This document shows positions 39,036-49,173 of a DNA stretch of 64,000 nucleotides, piece by piece. Position 1 is the first letter of the stretch, and every line of letters begins with the position of its first letter. This stretch comes from Arenicellales bacterium. GTDB lineage: Bacteria > Pseudomonadota > Gammaproteobacteria > Arenicellales > CBDCFT01. The position numbers were made by a program, and so were the translations under genes. The notes under the pieces were generated by a model. It saw nothing but the letters and a program-made list of their open reading frames with translations. It was not told the DNA's origin and searched no databases. The stretch spans positions 1,525,628 to 1,589,627 of the forward strand of contig OZ244198.1 in NCBI GenBank assembly GCA_965216735.1. The letters run 5' to 3'.

Positions 39036-41729
39036 CTAATTGACCACACGTAACTTGGGTTGACTCATTCTTTTCTTGGTACTGTCCAATGTCATGCGAA
39101 TTTGTTGCTCAATTTGCGCCAGCCGATTCGCATCGGTAATCATTTCGCCATCACGATTGGTGATAAAGAATACGTCTTCCGCCCGTTCGCCAAAGGTCGA
39201 AATTTTTGCCGACTGTAATCGAATCTTACAGTCCACCAACGCCTGGGCGACACGGTGAATCAATCCCGGCCGGTCCTGGGCAACCAATTCCATGATCGTA
39301 TAACTCCCGTTTGGTGCATCGCTGAATCGAATACTGGTCTCGGTGGGAAACTGTTTAACTGTGCGTGGGATACTTTTTAGTGTGGGTCGTGCATCCTGGG
39401 GCGGGTCGAGCAATCTTTTTTTCAGCACGGAACTGACATTTAGCAGTTCCTGTTCACCCAATTGCTTTCCGTTTTGGTCAAAAGTAACAAAGGCTAACAA
39501 CACCATGCCCGACTTGATAGGATGAATGCGTGCATCGGCAATATTAAAATGCATGCGGTCGAAACCACCGGCGACGGTAACCAGCAAATTCTCCGCTTCT
39601 GCCGCAAAAATCAAGAATTGTGTCCCTCCGAGTTCCGCTTGGTGACGTGCCGCGACAATAGGCAGATCGGCAATACTCGACTGTGCAATGCACGCGGTAT
39701 GCCAGGCGACAGTCGATGGATCGTGCCGCACCAGATAGTCATCACCCAGCATATTCCAATACATTTTTGCCGTCTCTGCATTCACTTCTTTATCCTTAAG
39801 ATATGCCAATGCGTCGCGTTTGATGTCATCCGCGCGTTGCTCGGTGGTTGGTGTAGTACCCAGACCTAAACGCAGTAGTCGGGAAGCCGATTGGTAAAGT
39901 TCCGCCAACAGGCGACCTTTCCATGCATTCCATACCGTCGGGCTGGTGCCACGCATATCCGCAATGGTCAACATATACAAGTTGTCCAACCGTTCCTGGT
40001 CGCCTACCAGTTGTGCGAATTTCTCAACGACGTCAGGATCTGAAATATCTTCTTTTTGCGCTGTCCACGACATGCTCAGGTGGTGGCGCACCAACCAGGC
40101 AACGAAGTTGGCATCGAATTGACCCATATTGTGAAGCTTGCAAAAGGCACGTGCGTCTTTCTCGCCCAATATAGAGTGATCGCCACCGCGTCCTTTGGCT
40201 ATGTCGTGAAACAAACCCGCGAGATAAAGGCGGTCCTTGCGTGGGACAGTCACCATGATAGCACTGGCCTCGGGAAATTCATGATGAAACCGCTCGTCGG
40301 CTAACCGGCGCAGATTGCGCACGACAAATAGTGCATGAGCATCGACAGTGTAAACATGAAACAAATCGTGTTGCATTTGTCCAACGATGCGTCCAAAAAC
40401 CGGAATATAGGCGCCTAGTACGTCGTAGGCATTCATTCGCCGTAGCGTGCGCGTCAATCCAGTTTTCTGCTTGAAAATATCAATAAACAATTGCTGGCAA
40501 ACCGGATTCCTACGAAACTGGTTATCAATACGGTGCAGATTGCTGCGTAACAAACGTATGGTGCTGGCTCGTACGCCTTTTAACTCCGGCCGTTGTTGCA
40601 ACACCAGAAACAGTTCCAGCAAGGCGGACGGATAGTTCTCAAATACTTTAGGTCCATTGACCTCAAGAAACCCGTCTACAGCTTTGAATCGTGGGTTGAT
40701 ACGCACGGTTTGACGGCGTTGTGGAGACAGTGTCGCTTCCTGAAAATGTTGTAACAAAATTTCATTGAGTAAGTGTATCTCTTTAACTGTGCGATAATAG
40801 CGTTGCATCAATTGTTCAACCGCCAGATTGGCTTTTCTATTTTTATATCCGAATGCAACCGCCAGTTGCCGTTGATAATCGAATAACAAACGGTCTTCGC
40901 AACGTTCTGTCAAATAATGCAATCCATTACGTAAGCGCCATAGAAAATTACGTGCTCGAATAAGTGTTTTGCATTCTTCTGCCGACAGAAATCCCTCGCC
41001 AATAAGTTCCTTGGGTGAACGTGTACCAAAGTGACGTTGTGCCACCCACGCGATTGTTTGAATGTCACGCAATCCACCCGGACCATCTTTTAGGTTGGGC
41101 TCCAGATTGTAGGCGGTATCGTCGAAGCGAAGATGGCGTTGTTCTTGTTCTTTCAGTTTTTCCTCAAAAAATCGCGGTGAAGGCCAAACAGCGGGTGGAC
41201 TGACTGCTGTTTCCATTGTATCAAACAACTCCGAATCACCTGTGACTAAACGTGCTTCCATTAAATTAGTAGCAACGGTGATATTGTTCATCGCCTCGTC
41301 GATGCATTCATCAATGGAACGAATACTGTGACCCACTTCCAGACCAATATCCCAAAGAAACCGCACGAATGCCTCGCCGAATCCCAGCATGATTTTGTCG
41401 GATGGGTCGCGCAACAAAATCATGATATCGACATCGGACTGCGGATGCAGTTCACCACGACCGTAACCACCCACGGCAACAAGCGCTCCCTGATTACTGC
41501 CCGAACCCGCAGGTTTCAGATGGTTCCAGGCAGCGCTCAGTACCTGATCAACCAACCAGGCATGTGCAGCAATCAAATCCGGCGCGTTCGCGCCCTGATA
41601 GTGGTAGTGCTTGAGGACAGCGCGCCCGTGGGTGATCGCTTTCTTGAAGTGATTGAGTGGCTTTCTTGCCCTGGCAAGCTTGGATGCGAATCGCGTCGCA
41701 TCGAATAGTTTCGAACGTGCCAGATACAC
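39036..41729 (-). CDS. glnD: Bifunctional [protein-PII] uridylyltransferase / uridylyl-removing enzyme
   Basis: Nucleotidyltransferase motif GGYGRGELHPQSDVD, an HD domain (HDIAKG) and two C-terminal ACT domains. 897 aa. Confidence 0.95.
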   Translation of the reverse strand: MYLARSKLFDATRFASKLARARKPLNHFKKAITHGRAVLKHYHYQGANAPDLIAAHAWLVDQVLSAAWNHLKPAGSGSNQGALVAVGGYGRGELHPQSDVDIMILLRDPSDKIMLGFGEAFVRFLWDIGLEVGHSIRSIDECIDEAMNNITVATNLMEARLVTGDSELFDTMETAVSPPAVWPSPRFFEEKLKEQEQRHLRFDDTAYNLEPNLKDGPGGLRDIQTIAWVAQRHFGTRSPKELIGEGFLSAEECKTLIRARNFLWRLRNGLHYLTERCEDRLLFDYQRQLAVAFGYKNRKANLAVEQLMQRYYRTVKEIHLLNEILLQHFQEATLSPQRRQTVRINPRFKAVDGFLEVNGPKVFENYPSALLELFLVLQQRPELKGVRASTIRLLRSNLHRIDNQFRRNPVCQQLFIDIFKQKTGLTRTLRRMNAYDVLGAYIPVFGRIVGQMQHDLFHVYTVDAHALFVVRNLRRLADERFHHEFPEASAIMVTVPRKDRLYLAGLFHDIAKGRGGDHSILGEKDARAFCKLHNMGQFDANFVAWLVRHHLSMSWTAQKEDISDPDVVEKFAQLVGDQERLDNLYMLTIADMRGTSPTVWNAWKGRLLAELYQSASRLLRLGLGTTPTTEQRADDIKRDALAYLKDKEVNAETAKMYWNMLGDDYLVRHDPSTVAWHTACIAQSSIADLPIVAARHQAELGGTQFLIFAAEAENLLVTVAGGFDRMHFNIADARIHPIKSGMVLLAFVTFDQNGKQLGEQELLNVSSVLKKRLLDPPQDARPTLKSIPRTVKQFPTETSIRFSDAPNGSYTIMELVAQDRPGLIHRVAQALVDCKIRLQSAKISTFGERAEDVFFITNRDGEMITDANRLAQIEQQIRMTLDSTKKRMSQPKLRVVN

Positions 41730-41730
41730 C

Positions 41731-42498
41731 TTAAATATCGCGGCCGGGTAGTGCAGTCAGCACTTCAAACCCATCCGGAGTGACCAACACCGTATGTTCC
41801 CATTGGGCTGATAGACTGTGATCGCGTGTGACCACGGTCCAACCATCTGAGAGTAGTTTGGTTTCCTTACGTCCTGCGTTGATCATGGGTTCAATGGTAA
41901 ATGTCATGCCCTCTTGTAATGTGACACCTGTACCCGGTACACCGTAGTGCAAAACTTGGGGTTCTTCGTGAAATTGCCTGCCAATTCCGTGACCACAATA
42001 TTCACGTACCACGGAAAAACCATTGGATTCGGCATGTTGTTGGATGGCATGTCCGATATCGCCCAATTGCGCACCAGGCTTCACCATTTCAATGCCTTTT
42101 ATCATGCATTCGTGGCTCACACGAGCTAAACGTTTGCCCAGGATAGGCGGTTTATTAACAAAAAACATGCGGCTAGTATCGCCGTGAAAACCGTCTTTGA
42201 TTATAGTGATATCGATATTAACGATATCGCCGTTCTTAAGTTTTTTATTTCCAGGGATGCCGTGACAAACGACGTGATTGACCGATGTGCAAATCGACTT
42301 GGGAAATCCCTTGTAATTAAGCGGTGCCGGTACGCAATCCAGTTCATCGACAATAAAATCGTGGCAAATTCTGTCTAGCTCGTTGGTAGTGATGCCCGGG
42401 CGAACGTGAGACGTAATCATGTCCAATACACTGGCCGCCAGTTGGCCGGCCACACGCATTTTTTCTATTTCTTCACTGGATTTGATAGTAATAGCCAT
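41731..42498 (-). CDS. map: Methionine aminopeptidase type I
   Basis: Metal-ligand pattern D..D..H..E..E (NIDITIIKDGFHGD, CGHGIG, FTIEPM, QWEHTVLVT). Confidence 0.96.
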   Translation of the reverse strand: MAITIKSSEEIEKMRVAGQLAASVLDMITSHVRPGITTNELDRICHDFIVDELDCVPAPLNYKGFPKSICTSVNHVVCHGIPGNKKLKNGDIVNIDITIIKDGFHGDTSRMFFVNKPPILGKRLARVSHECMIKGIEMVKPGAQLGDIGHAIQQHAESNGFSVVREYCGHGIGRQFHEEPQVLHYGVPGTGVTLQEGMTFTIEPMINAGRKETKLLSDGWTVVTRDHSLSAQWEHTVLVTPDGFEVLTALPGRDI

Positions 42499-42777
42499 AG
42501 ATTAAGCGTTATTTAGGTTCGTCCTGGTCTTGAATACAAACTTGAACGCGGGAATTCTAACCGAATTCACCGCTGAATCAGATGTTCCGGTGTCGGGTGA
42601 GACGGGCGGGGGTTTGTTCTTTGTCATCAATAGTATACAATTCGCGCGCTTATAAATTCACACGCGAGCACAAGTTGTTCATCCGGGTGCCCAAAGAGTC
42701 GTTTTGATACTTAATCATCACGGCAAGGGTTGGTGGACAGTCACTCGCGGCGGCTCAACCCGAACGGAGAAAACTCA

Positions 42778-43854
42778 ATGAGCGACGTTAGCATGCGCCA
42801 GCTACTGGAGGCTGGCGTTCACTTTGGTCATCAAACCCGTTTTTGGTGCCCCAAAATGAGTCCCTACATTTATGGGGAACGCAATAAAATCCATATCATC
42901 AATCTTGAGCACACCTTGCCGATGTATCGGGAGGCCATGAATTTTCTTGGTCAACTGGCGTCACGCAAGGGTACGATTTTGTTCGTCGGTACTAAACGGC
43001 AAGCCGGTCCCATCGTCAAAGAACAGGCCGAGCGGATCAGGTGTCCTTATGTCGATTACCGTTGGTTGGGTGGCATGATGACCAACTTCAAAACGGTGCG
43101 AAATTCCATTGCCCGTTTAAAAGATATCGAAACGCGGTTGGAAGACGGCAGTGTTGAGCGTATGCGCAAAAAAGACGCGCTTAAACTACGACGCGAACAT
43201 GAAAAGCTGGATCGTAGTTTGGGCGGTATTAAGAACATGGAACGGTTGCCTGATGCTTTGTTCGTAGTGGATGTGGATCACGAGCGAATTGCGGTATCGG
43301 AAGCAAACAAACTTGGAATTCCGGTAATTGCAGTGGTGGACACCAATTGTTCGCCGGATGGTGTCGATCATGTGATCCCTGGTAATGACGATTCTATTCG
43401 TGCCATTCGTTTATATTTGACAGGTGTTAGCGATGCGATTCTCGAAGCACGACAGGCAGCTCAGGTTTCCATAGAGAGCGAAGATGAGTATGTGGAGATT
43501 GATGAAAGCACGGAGGAATTGACCACTGACAGCGAAAAATCGGAAACCGAAACCGTAACTGCAAAAGCATCTGCCGAGGAAAACGCCAGTGCTGAATCTG
43601 CGGAGAAAGAAGTAGGGGAAAAACCCGCGCCCCGCAAGATAGTGCGCAAAAAGAAGGTTACTAAAGTAACCGCAGCGGCAAAAAAAGAGAAAGCACAAGC
43701 TGAGGAAAAAACAGAGGGACAGGTGGAGGCAAAGTCAACCGATGCCAAGACCGGTAAGGTAGCGAAGACACGTAAAAAGCCTGCGAAAGAAAAAACGGTA
43801 GAAGAAGCGGGGGAAGAGGATAAAACCGAAACCGCTGCTACCACTACGGAATAA
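42778..43854 (+). CDS. rpsB: 30S ribosomal protein S2 with a C-terminal Lys/Glu/Ala-rich extension of about 115 aa
   Basis: [24 protein letters not shown] is the canonical S2 N-terminus. ATG at 42778 is preceded by GGAGA. The ORF track extends to 42730, but I judge that start unlikely. Confidence 0.94.
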   Translation: MSDVSMRQLLEAGVHFGHQTRFWCPKMSPYIYGERNKIHIINLEHTLPMYREAMNFLGQLASRKGTILFVGTKRQAGPIVKEQAERIRCPYVDYRWLGGMMTNFKTVRNSIARLKDIETRLEDGSVERMRKKDALKLRREHEKLDRSLGGIKNMERLPDALFVVDVDHERIAVSEANKLGIPVIAVVDTNCSPDGVDHVIPGNDDSIRAIRLYLTGVSDAILEARQAAQVSIESEDEYVEIDESTEELTTDSEKSETETVTAKASAEENASAESAEKEVGEKPAPRKIVRKKKVTKVTAAAKKEKAQAEEKTEGQVEAKSTDAKTGKVAKTRKKPAKEKTVEEAGEEDKTETAATTTE

Positions 43855-43884
43855 CATGGTAACTATTAAGACGGGGAAGCATAC

Positions 43885-44793
43885 ATGGCGATAACGGCCG
43901 CAATGGTGAAGGAACTGCGTGAACGTACGAACGCGGGCATGATGGATTGTAAAAAAGCCCTGACTGAGAGTGGTGGTGATATGGAGGCGGCCATCGAAGC
44001 TTTGCGCAAGAAAGGCGCCGCCAGCGCGGAAAAAAAAGCCGGCCGAATAACGGCGGAAGGCGTGATTGCGCGCTATAGCTCAAATGACGGCCAACAAGAG
44101 GTGCTGGTTGAAGTCAATTGCGAGACCGATTTTGTGGCCAAGGACGAATCGTTCATCGCATTTACTAACCAGGTCGCGGCTTGCATCGCCAAACACCATC
44201 CAACCGACGTAGAAACGTTAATGCAAAGCGCTATCGGTGAGTCGGGCGATACGGTTGAGCAGACACGTCAGGCACTGATTGCGAAAATTGGTGAGAATGT
44301 TTCCGTGCGACGGTTTGAAAATTGGATAGCGGATACTAATGAACGATTGAATGCTTACTTACATGGAAAACGTATCGGTGTAGTTGTCGAAACCACTGGA
44401 GGACGCGATGACCTTGGACGCGATATCGCAATGCATATTGCCGCTTCCAGTCCAATGTGTGTGAGTAAGGACGACATACCCGCCGATATTTTGGAAAAAG
44501 AAAAACAGATTTTCGCGGCTCAAGCTCGTGAAAGCGGCAAGCCAGAAGATATTGTCGAAAAAATGGTTACCGGTCGAATCCAAAAATTCATCAAGGAGAA
44601 TACCTTGCTCGGACAGCCGTATGTAAAAGATCCAGACCAAACTGTGGCCAAGTTGCTGGATGCTGAAAATGCCGGTGTAGTGCGTTTTCTGCGCATGGAG
44701 GTCGGCGAAGGGTTGGAAAAACGTGAGGAGGACTTTGCTGCGGAAGTGGCTGCCCAATTGAAGGATCAACAAGACAAGGACGACAAGGGGTAA
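43885..44793 (+). CDS. tsf: Elongation factor Ts
   Basis: MAITAAMVKELRERTNAGMMDCKKAL is the canonical EF-Ts UBA-like N-terminus. Confidence 0.96.
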   Translation: MAITAAMVKELRERTNAGMMDCKKALTESGGDMEAAIEALRKKGAASAEKKAGRITAEGVIARYSSNDGQQEVLVEVNCETDFVAKDESFIAFTNQVAACIAKHHPTDVETLMQSAIGESGDTVEQTRQALIAKIGENVSVRRFENWIADTNERLNAYLHGKRIGVVVETTGGRDDLGRDIAMHIAASSPMCVSKDDIPADILEKEKQIFAAQARESGKPEDIVEKMVTGRIQKFIKENTLLGQPYVKDPDQTVAKLLDAENAGVVRFLRMEVGEGLEKREEDFAAEVAAQLKDQQDKDDKG

Positions 44794-44795
44794 AC

Positions 44796-45527
44796 TTGTC
44801 TAACGAAGAAGACAGTCCAAAGTATCGACGAATCCTCATAAAGCTCAGCGGGGAAGCTCTCGCTGGCGACGAAAAGTTTGGCATAACAAGCAGTGTATTA
44901 GCCACGATTGCTAAAGAAATCTCTGAGGTAATGAATGCCGACGTGCAAGTCGGTATCGTTATCGGTGGCGGTAACTTTTTTCGTGGTATGAGTGCCGCGG
45001 CATCCGATATGGATAGGGTCACGGCCGACTATATCGGTATGTTGGCTACGGTCATGAATGCGTTGGCACTACATCAGGCTCTGGAAGCGCAGGGAACACC
45101 GGCACGGATTCAATCGGCTCTGGATATCGCTTCCATTGTCGAATCCTATGTACGGGCGCGAACTTTTAAGCATATGGATAACCACCGTGCGGTCATATTT
45201 GCCGGGGGGACGGGTAATCCGTTATTTACCACCGACACCGCTGCCAGTTTACGCGCCATTGAGATCAACGCGCAGTTGATGATAAAAGGCACCAAGGTCG
45301 ACGGTGTATTCGATGATGACCCGGAAACGAATCCCGCCGCCAAGCGTTACGACGTGTTAACGTATGAACAAGTATTACGTGACAATTTGCGCGTGATGGA
45401 TGCCACGGCGATTACCTTGTGTCGAGATCATGCTATGCCCATACGGGTGGTGAACATCAACCGGCCCGGCAGTTTATTGCGCGCGGTACAAGGCCATCCC
45501 GAAGGTACTCTGGTTAAACAGGAGTGA
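44796..45527 (+). CDS. pyrH: UMP kinase
   Basis: [13 protein letters not shown] and [10 protein letters not shown] motifs. TTG start. Confidence 0.95.
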   Translation: MSNEEDSPKYRRILIKLSGEALAGDEKFGITSSVLATIAKEISEVMNADVQVGIVIGGGNFFRGMSAAASDMDRVTADYIGMLATVMNALALHQALEAQGTPARIQSALDIASIVESYVRARTFKHMDNHRAVIFAGGTGNPLFTTDTAASLRAIEINAQLMIKGTKVDGVFDDDPETNPAAKRYDVLTYEQVLRDNLRVMDATAITLCRDHAMPIRVVNINRPGSLLRAVQGHPEGTLVKQE

Positions 45528-45532
45528 GACTC

Positions 45533-46090
45533 ATGATTGACGATATCCAAAAAGATGCGAAAACCCGCATGTCGAAAACCATCGAATCTGTTCGCACCGA
45601 AATGGCCAAATTGCGCACAGGCCGGGCTAGCCCGGTGCTGCTCGATCACCTTCGCGTCGATTATTACGGTGCAGAGACACCCATTAATCAGGTGGCGACA
45701 GTAAGTGTTGCGGACGCGAGAACTTTGAGTGTGACGCCTTGGGAGAAAAAAATGATCCCAGTTTTGGAGAAAGCCATTATGGAAGCGGAACTAGGTCTTA
45801 ATCCGGTGACCTCCGGCGATACTATCCGCATACCGTTACCGGCATTAACCGAGGAACGGCGCAAGGAAATGACTAAACTGGTCAAAGCGGAAGGGGAAAA
45901 CGGTAAAGTCGCTATTCGTAATATTCGCAGGGATGCCAACCATCATTTGCACGATTTGTTGAAGGAAAAGGAGATCACCGAGGATGAGGAAAAAAGGGCA
46001 CAGGATGAAATACAAAAATTGACCGATTCTTTTATCCATAAGGTGGACGAAATGGTCTCTGAAAAAGAAGCCGAGATCATGGAAGTTTAG
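45533..46090 (+). CDS. frr: Ribosome recycling factor
   Basis: [13 protein letters not shown]...[11 protein letters not shown]...V.YYG. I prefer the ATG at 45533 to the upstream alternative start at 45524 used by the ORF track. Confidence 0.95.
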   Translation: MIDDIQKDAKTRMSKTIESVRTEMAKLRTGRASPVLLDHLRVDYYGAETPINQVATVSVADARTLSVTPWEKKMIPVLEKAIMEAELGLNPVTSGDTIRIPLPALTEERRKEMTKLVKAEGENGKVAIRNIRRDANHHLHDLLKEKEITEDEEKRAQDEIQKLTDSFIHKVDEMVSEKEAEIMEV

Positions 46091-46141
46091 ATCGATTCTT
46101 GGTGATATCTATTCGAATTTGCGTTCACTAAGGGTCGTTCA

Positions 46142-46933
46142 ATGGCTGTGGTAGTGGATCGTACCGCTTACGCAACCGAGATCAGCGAAAGCCAAGGACG
46201 CCAACCGGCACCCCCGGCACACATCGCGATTGTGATGGATGGCAACGGGCGTTGGGCTCAACAAAGGGGTTTACCCAGGGTTGCAGGGCATCGTCATGGC
46301 GTTGATTCCGTACGAAAAGTTGTTTCCGCTTGTATACAACACCATATACCGAATCTGACGTTGTTTGCCTTTAGTAGTGAAAACTGGCGACGACCGGCGC
46401 GGGAAGTCCAGTTATTAATGGAATTGTTTGCCAACATCCTAGACAAAGAACTAAAGGCATTAGACGCAAGGGGCGTAAGATTGCGATTCATCGGCGACAC
46501 TGATGGTATGTCTGAATCCATTCGCAGTCGTATTCAATCCGCTAAGGCAATGACCGCCCGTAACCACAAACTTCAGTTAACCATTGCCTTGAACTACGGT
46601 GGCCACTGGGATATCACTCAGGCCTGCAGGCAAATGGCTAAGCGGGTGGATAAGGATCAACTGCGAGTAGCGGATTTATCGGTGGAGACATTCGAGAAAT
46701 ATTTGGCGACAGATGGTTTACCGGCGCCGAATTTGCTGATACGCACTGGTGGCGATCAACGCATTAGTAATTTTTTGTTATGGCAACTGGCCTATACTGA
46801 ACTTTATTTTACCGACACGCTGTGGCCTTCCTTTAACCAATGTGTCTTGCAGCGGATATTGGACGACTATACCCGGCGCCAACCCTACTTTGTTCAACCA
46901 TCTGATTCAACTCAGACCCTTTGCCACGCTTAA
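46142..46933 (+). CDS. uppS: Ditrans,polycis-undecaprenyl-diphosphate synthase
   Basis: HIAIVMDGNGRWA, FAFSSENW.RP and RTGG..R.SNFLLWQ motifs. Confidence 0.94.
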   Translation: MAVVVDRTAYATEISESQGRQPAPPAHIAIVMDGNGRWAQQRGLPRVAGHRHGVDSVRKVVSACIQHHIPNLTLFAFSSENWRRPAREVQLLMELFANILDKELKALDARGVRLRFIGDTDGMSESIRSRIQSAKAMTARNHKLQLTIALNYGGHWDITQACRQMAKRVDKDQLRVADLSVETFEKYLATDGLPAPNLLIRTGGDQRISNFLLWQLAYTELYFTDTLWPSFNQCVLQRILDDYTRRQPYFVQPSDSTQTLCHA

Positions 46934-46936
46934 ACA

Positions 46937-47752
46937 ATGCTAGCGATCCGGGTCACCACGGCGCTGGTTTTAATCCCGCTTGTATTACTTGGCCTCTTCA
47001 AATTCCCCACCCTTTGGTTTGCACTAATGATGGGTGTAGCGTGTCTATTGGGAGCGTTTGAGTGGTCCAGTCTGCACGGCGACCACCGAACGGCACTGAG
47101 TCTATTACTCATCGTTCTAGGTATTGTCTTGTATTGGGACAGGCGGCTAGTACCGTGGGTAATATTGGCCGGGGTTCTGTGGTGGCTTTGGTGCGCCATC
47201 GAACTGCGGCGTGATCACCGGGGATTTAATAATACCTGGCTAAATATCGTTCATGGTGTATTAACCTTGTTACCGGCATGGTGCGCATTGGTATTTCTTC
47301 ATAGTAAAGGAGCAGAAGGGCGCGCAGCCATTTTTTCCATGTTATTGGTGGTGTGGACAGCAGATACCTTTGCTTACTTCACCGGAAAACAGTGGGGCAA
47401 GCGAAGATTAGCGCCAGCCATCAGTCCTGGAAAATCAGTGGAAGGCGCCGTGGGCGGTTTTGTTGGTGTGCTTGTGTTTGCGCTAATTAGTGGTCTCGCA
47501 TACTGGCAATTGGACGCCATGAAACTATCGTTTTGGCTGATCTTATGTATCGTCACCGGGGTCGCAGCGGTGTTGGGTGATCTGACTGAAAGCAAACTTA
47601 AACGAGCCGCGGGAGTTAAGGACAGCGGTACGCTACTACCCGGTCACGGAGGTATTTTGGACAGAATCGACAGTCTCGTTGCCGCCGCACCGGTGTTTAG
47701 CATTGGCATCATCGTATTAGGACTTACCGGTACACGAAGCATCATTGGGTAA
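46937..47752 (+). CDS. cdsA: Phosphatidate cytidylyltransferase
   Basis: CTP-transferase signature SKLKRAAGVKDSGTLLPGHGGILDRIDS. Polytopic membrane protein. Confidence 0.9.
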   Translation: MLAIRVTTALVLIPLVLLGLFKFPTLWFALMMGVACLLGAFEWSSLHGDHRTALSLLLIVLGIVLYWDRRLVPWVILAGVLWWLWCAIELRRDHRGFNNTWLNIVHGVLTLLPAWCALVFLHSKGAEGRAAIFSMLLVVWTADTFAYFTGKQWGKRRLAPAISPGKSVEGAVGGFVGVLVFALISGLAYWQLDAMKLSFWLILCIVTGVAAVLGDLTESKLKRAAGVKDSGTLLPGHGGILDRIDSLVAAAPVFSIGIIVLGLTGTRSIIG

Positions 47753-47780
47753 ATCGTCATTAGCACGTTAAAATAACTTT

Positions 47781-49133
47781 ATGGGTAGCTTTCTATACAG
47801 CATCGGTGGATTCGTCATTGCAATCGGTTTATTGGTCGCGGTACACGAATATGGACATTTTTGGGTTGCTCGGCGCTTGGGCGTTAAAGTGCTGCGGTAT
47901 TCGATAGGGTTTGGCAGACCAGTTTGGAGCCGGCGCAGTGCCGTCGATGGTGTCGAATACGCGGTCGGTATGATCCCGCTAGGCGGTTACGTCAAAATGT
48001 TGGATGAAAACGAGGGCGAAGTGGATGTGAGTGAACGGCATCTTGCTTTTAACCGTCAACCCCTGTGGGTGCGTTCAGCAATTGCAGCGGCTGGGCCAGT
48101 TGCCAACTTTCTGTTCGCCGTCGTTGCGTTTTGGCTAGTGTTTATCCTTGGTATCCAGGGGTTCAAACCGATAATAGGGGACGTGGCGCCAACATCGCTT
48201 GCGAACAATGACGGTTTCAAGGCAGGTGATGAAATAGTGGCCATTGATGGCCGGCCCAACCGTACTTGGAGCGAGCACAATTTTTATCTGTTTAACAAAG
48301 CCTTTTCCGGGGCTGAGATTGATTTCGAAGTTCGAGATGAAGGGGGCCGGCTTAGATCGATATCGGTAGATTTGTCGGGGGTCGAGGCAAGCCAAATCGA
48401 CCGTGCGTTTTACGAACGAGTCTTGGGTCTTAGCCTGCGGCTGCCCAGTGTTCCCGCCATAGTTGGTGAATTGACGGAGGGCTTTCCCGGGGTTGAGGCG
48501 GGGCTTGAACCGGGGGACAGAATATTGCTGATTGATGATCAGCCGATTGCGTCTTGGGAGGACATGGTTCAGTTAATCCAGAGTCGGCCGAATCAAATCG
48601 TTTCAATGGCCATCCAGCGGGAGGGTGAACGGATTGAACTCGAAATTACTCCCAGACAGGTGGAACGGGATGGAAAGATGGTTGGCATGATAGGTGTGGC
48701 TAATCAGCCGGTGGAGATGTTTGCCAAAGTGACGTTTGGTCCCGGCGAGGCAATCTGGCGGAGTGTCGAAGCGACATGGGTCATGTCGGTATTTACCGTA
48801 CGCATGTTGATCAAGATGCTGCAGTTGGAAGTATCGGTTAAAAACATCAGTGGACCCATCACGATTGCAAAGTATGCGGGTCAATCAATCCAACTGGGTA
48901 TCGACTATTTCATCTGGTTGTTAGCAGTCATTAGTATTAGTTTGGGTATTCTCAATTTATTGCCGATTCCTGTACTAGACGGTGGCCACTTATTATTTAA
49001 CCTGCTCGAAGCAATTAAGGGTAGACCATTGTCCGATAGCGCGATGATGGTCGGGCAACAAATCGGTCTCGTATTGCTGGCTGCTTTGATGGGGCTTGCT
49101 TTTTACAATGATATTGTGCGTCTCTTGGGCTAG
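47781..49133 (+). CDS. rseP: RIP zinc metalloprotease RseP
   Basis: HEYGHFWVAR (HExxH), tandem PDZ region and NLLPIPVLDGGH motif. Confidence 0.93.
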   Translation: MGSFLYSIGGFVIAIGLLVAVHEYGHFWVARRLGVKVLRYSIGFGRPVWSRRSAVDGVEYAVGMIPLGGYVKMLDENEGEVDVSERHLAFNRQPLWVRSAIAAAGPVANFLFAVVAFWLVFILGIQGFKPIIGDVAPTSLANNDGFKAGDEIVAIDGRPNRTWSEHNFYLFNKAFSGAEIDFEVRDEGGRLRSISVDLSGVEASQIDRAFYERVLGLSLRLPSVPAIVGELTEGFPGVEAGLEPGDRILLIDDQPIASWEDMVQLIQSRPNQIVSMAIQREGERIELEITPRQVERDGKMVGMIGVANQPVEMFAKVTFGPGEAIWRSVEATWVMSVFTVRMLIKMLQLEVSVKNISGPITIAKYAGQSIQLGIDYFIWLLAVISISLGILNLLPIPVLDGGHLLFNLLEAIKGRPLSDSAMMVGQQIGLVLLAALMGLAFYNDIVRLLG

Positions 49134-49173
49134 TCATCAAGTCAATTAATAAATAAACACCTCAACCTCCCCA

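Noticed and set aside
42730-42777. N-terminal extensions in the ORF track for rpsB (42730), dnaE (56033), rnhB (55420), radA (36648), frr (45524), mltD (17380) and the aminotransferase (25934)
   Set aside because: Conserved protein N-termini begin at internal Met, Val or Leu codons, some with a better SD. The longer forms overlap upstream genes. I used the shorter starts.
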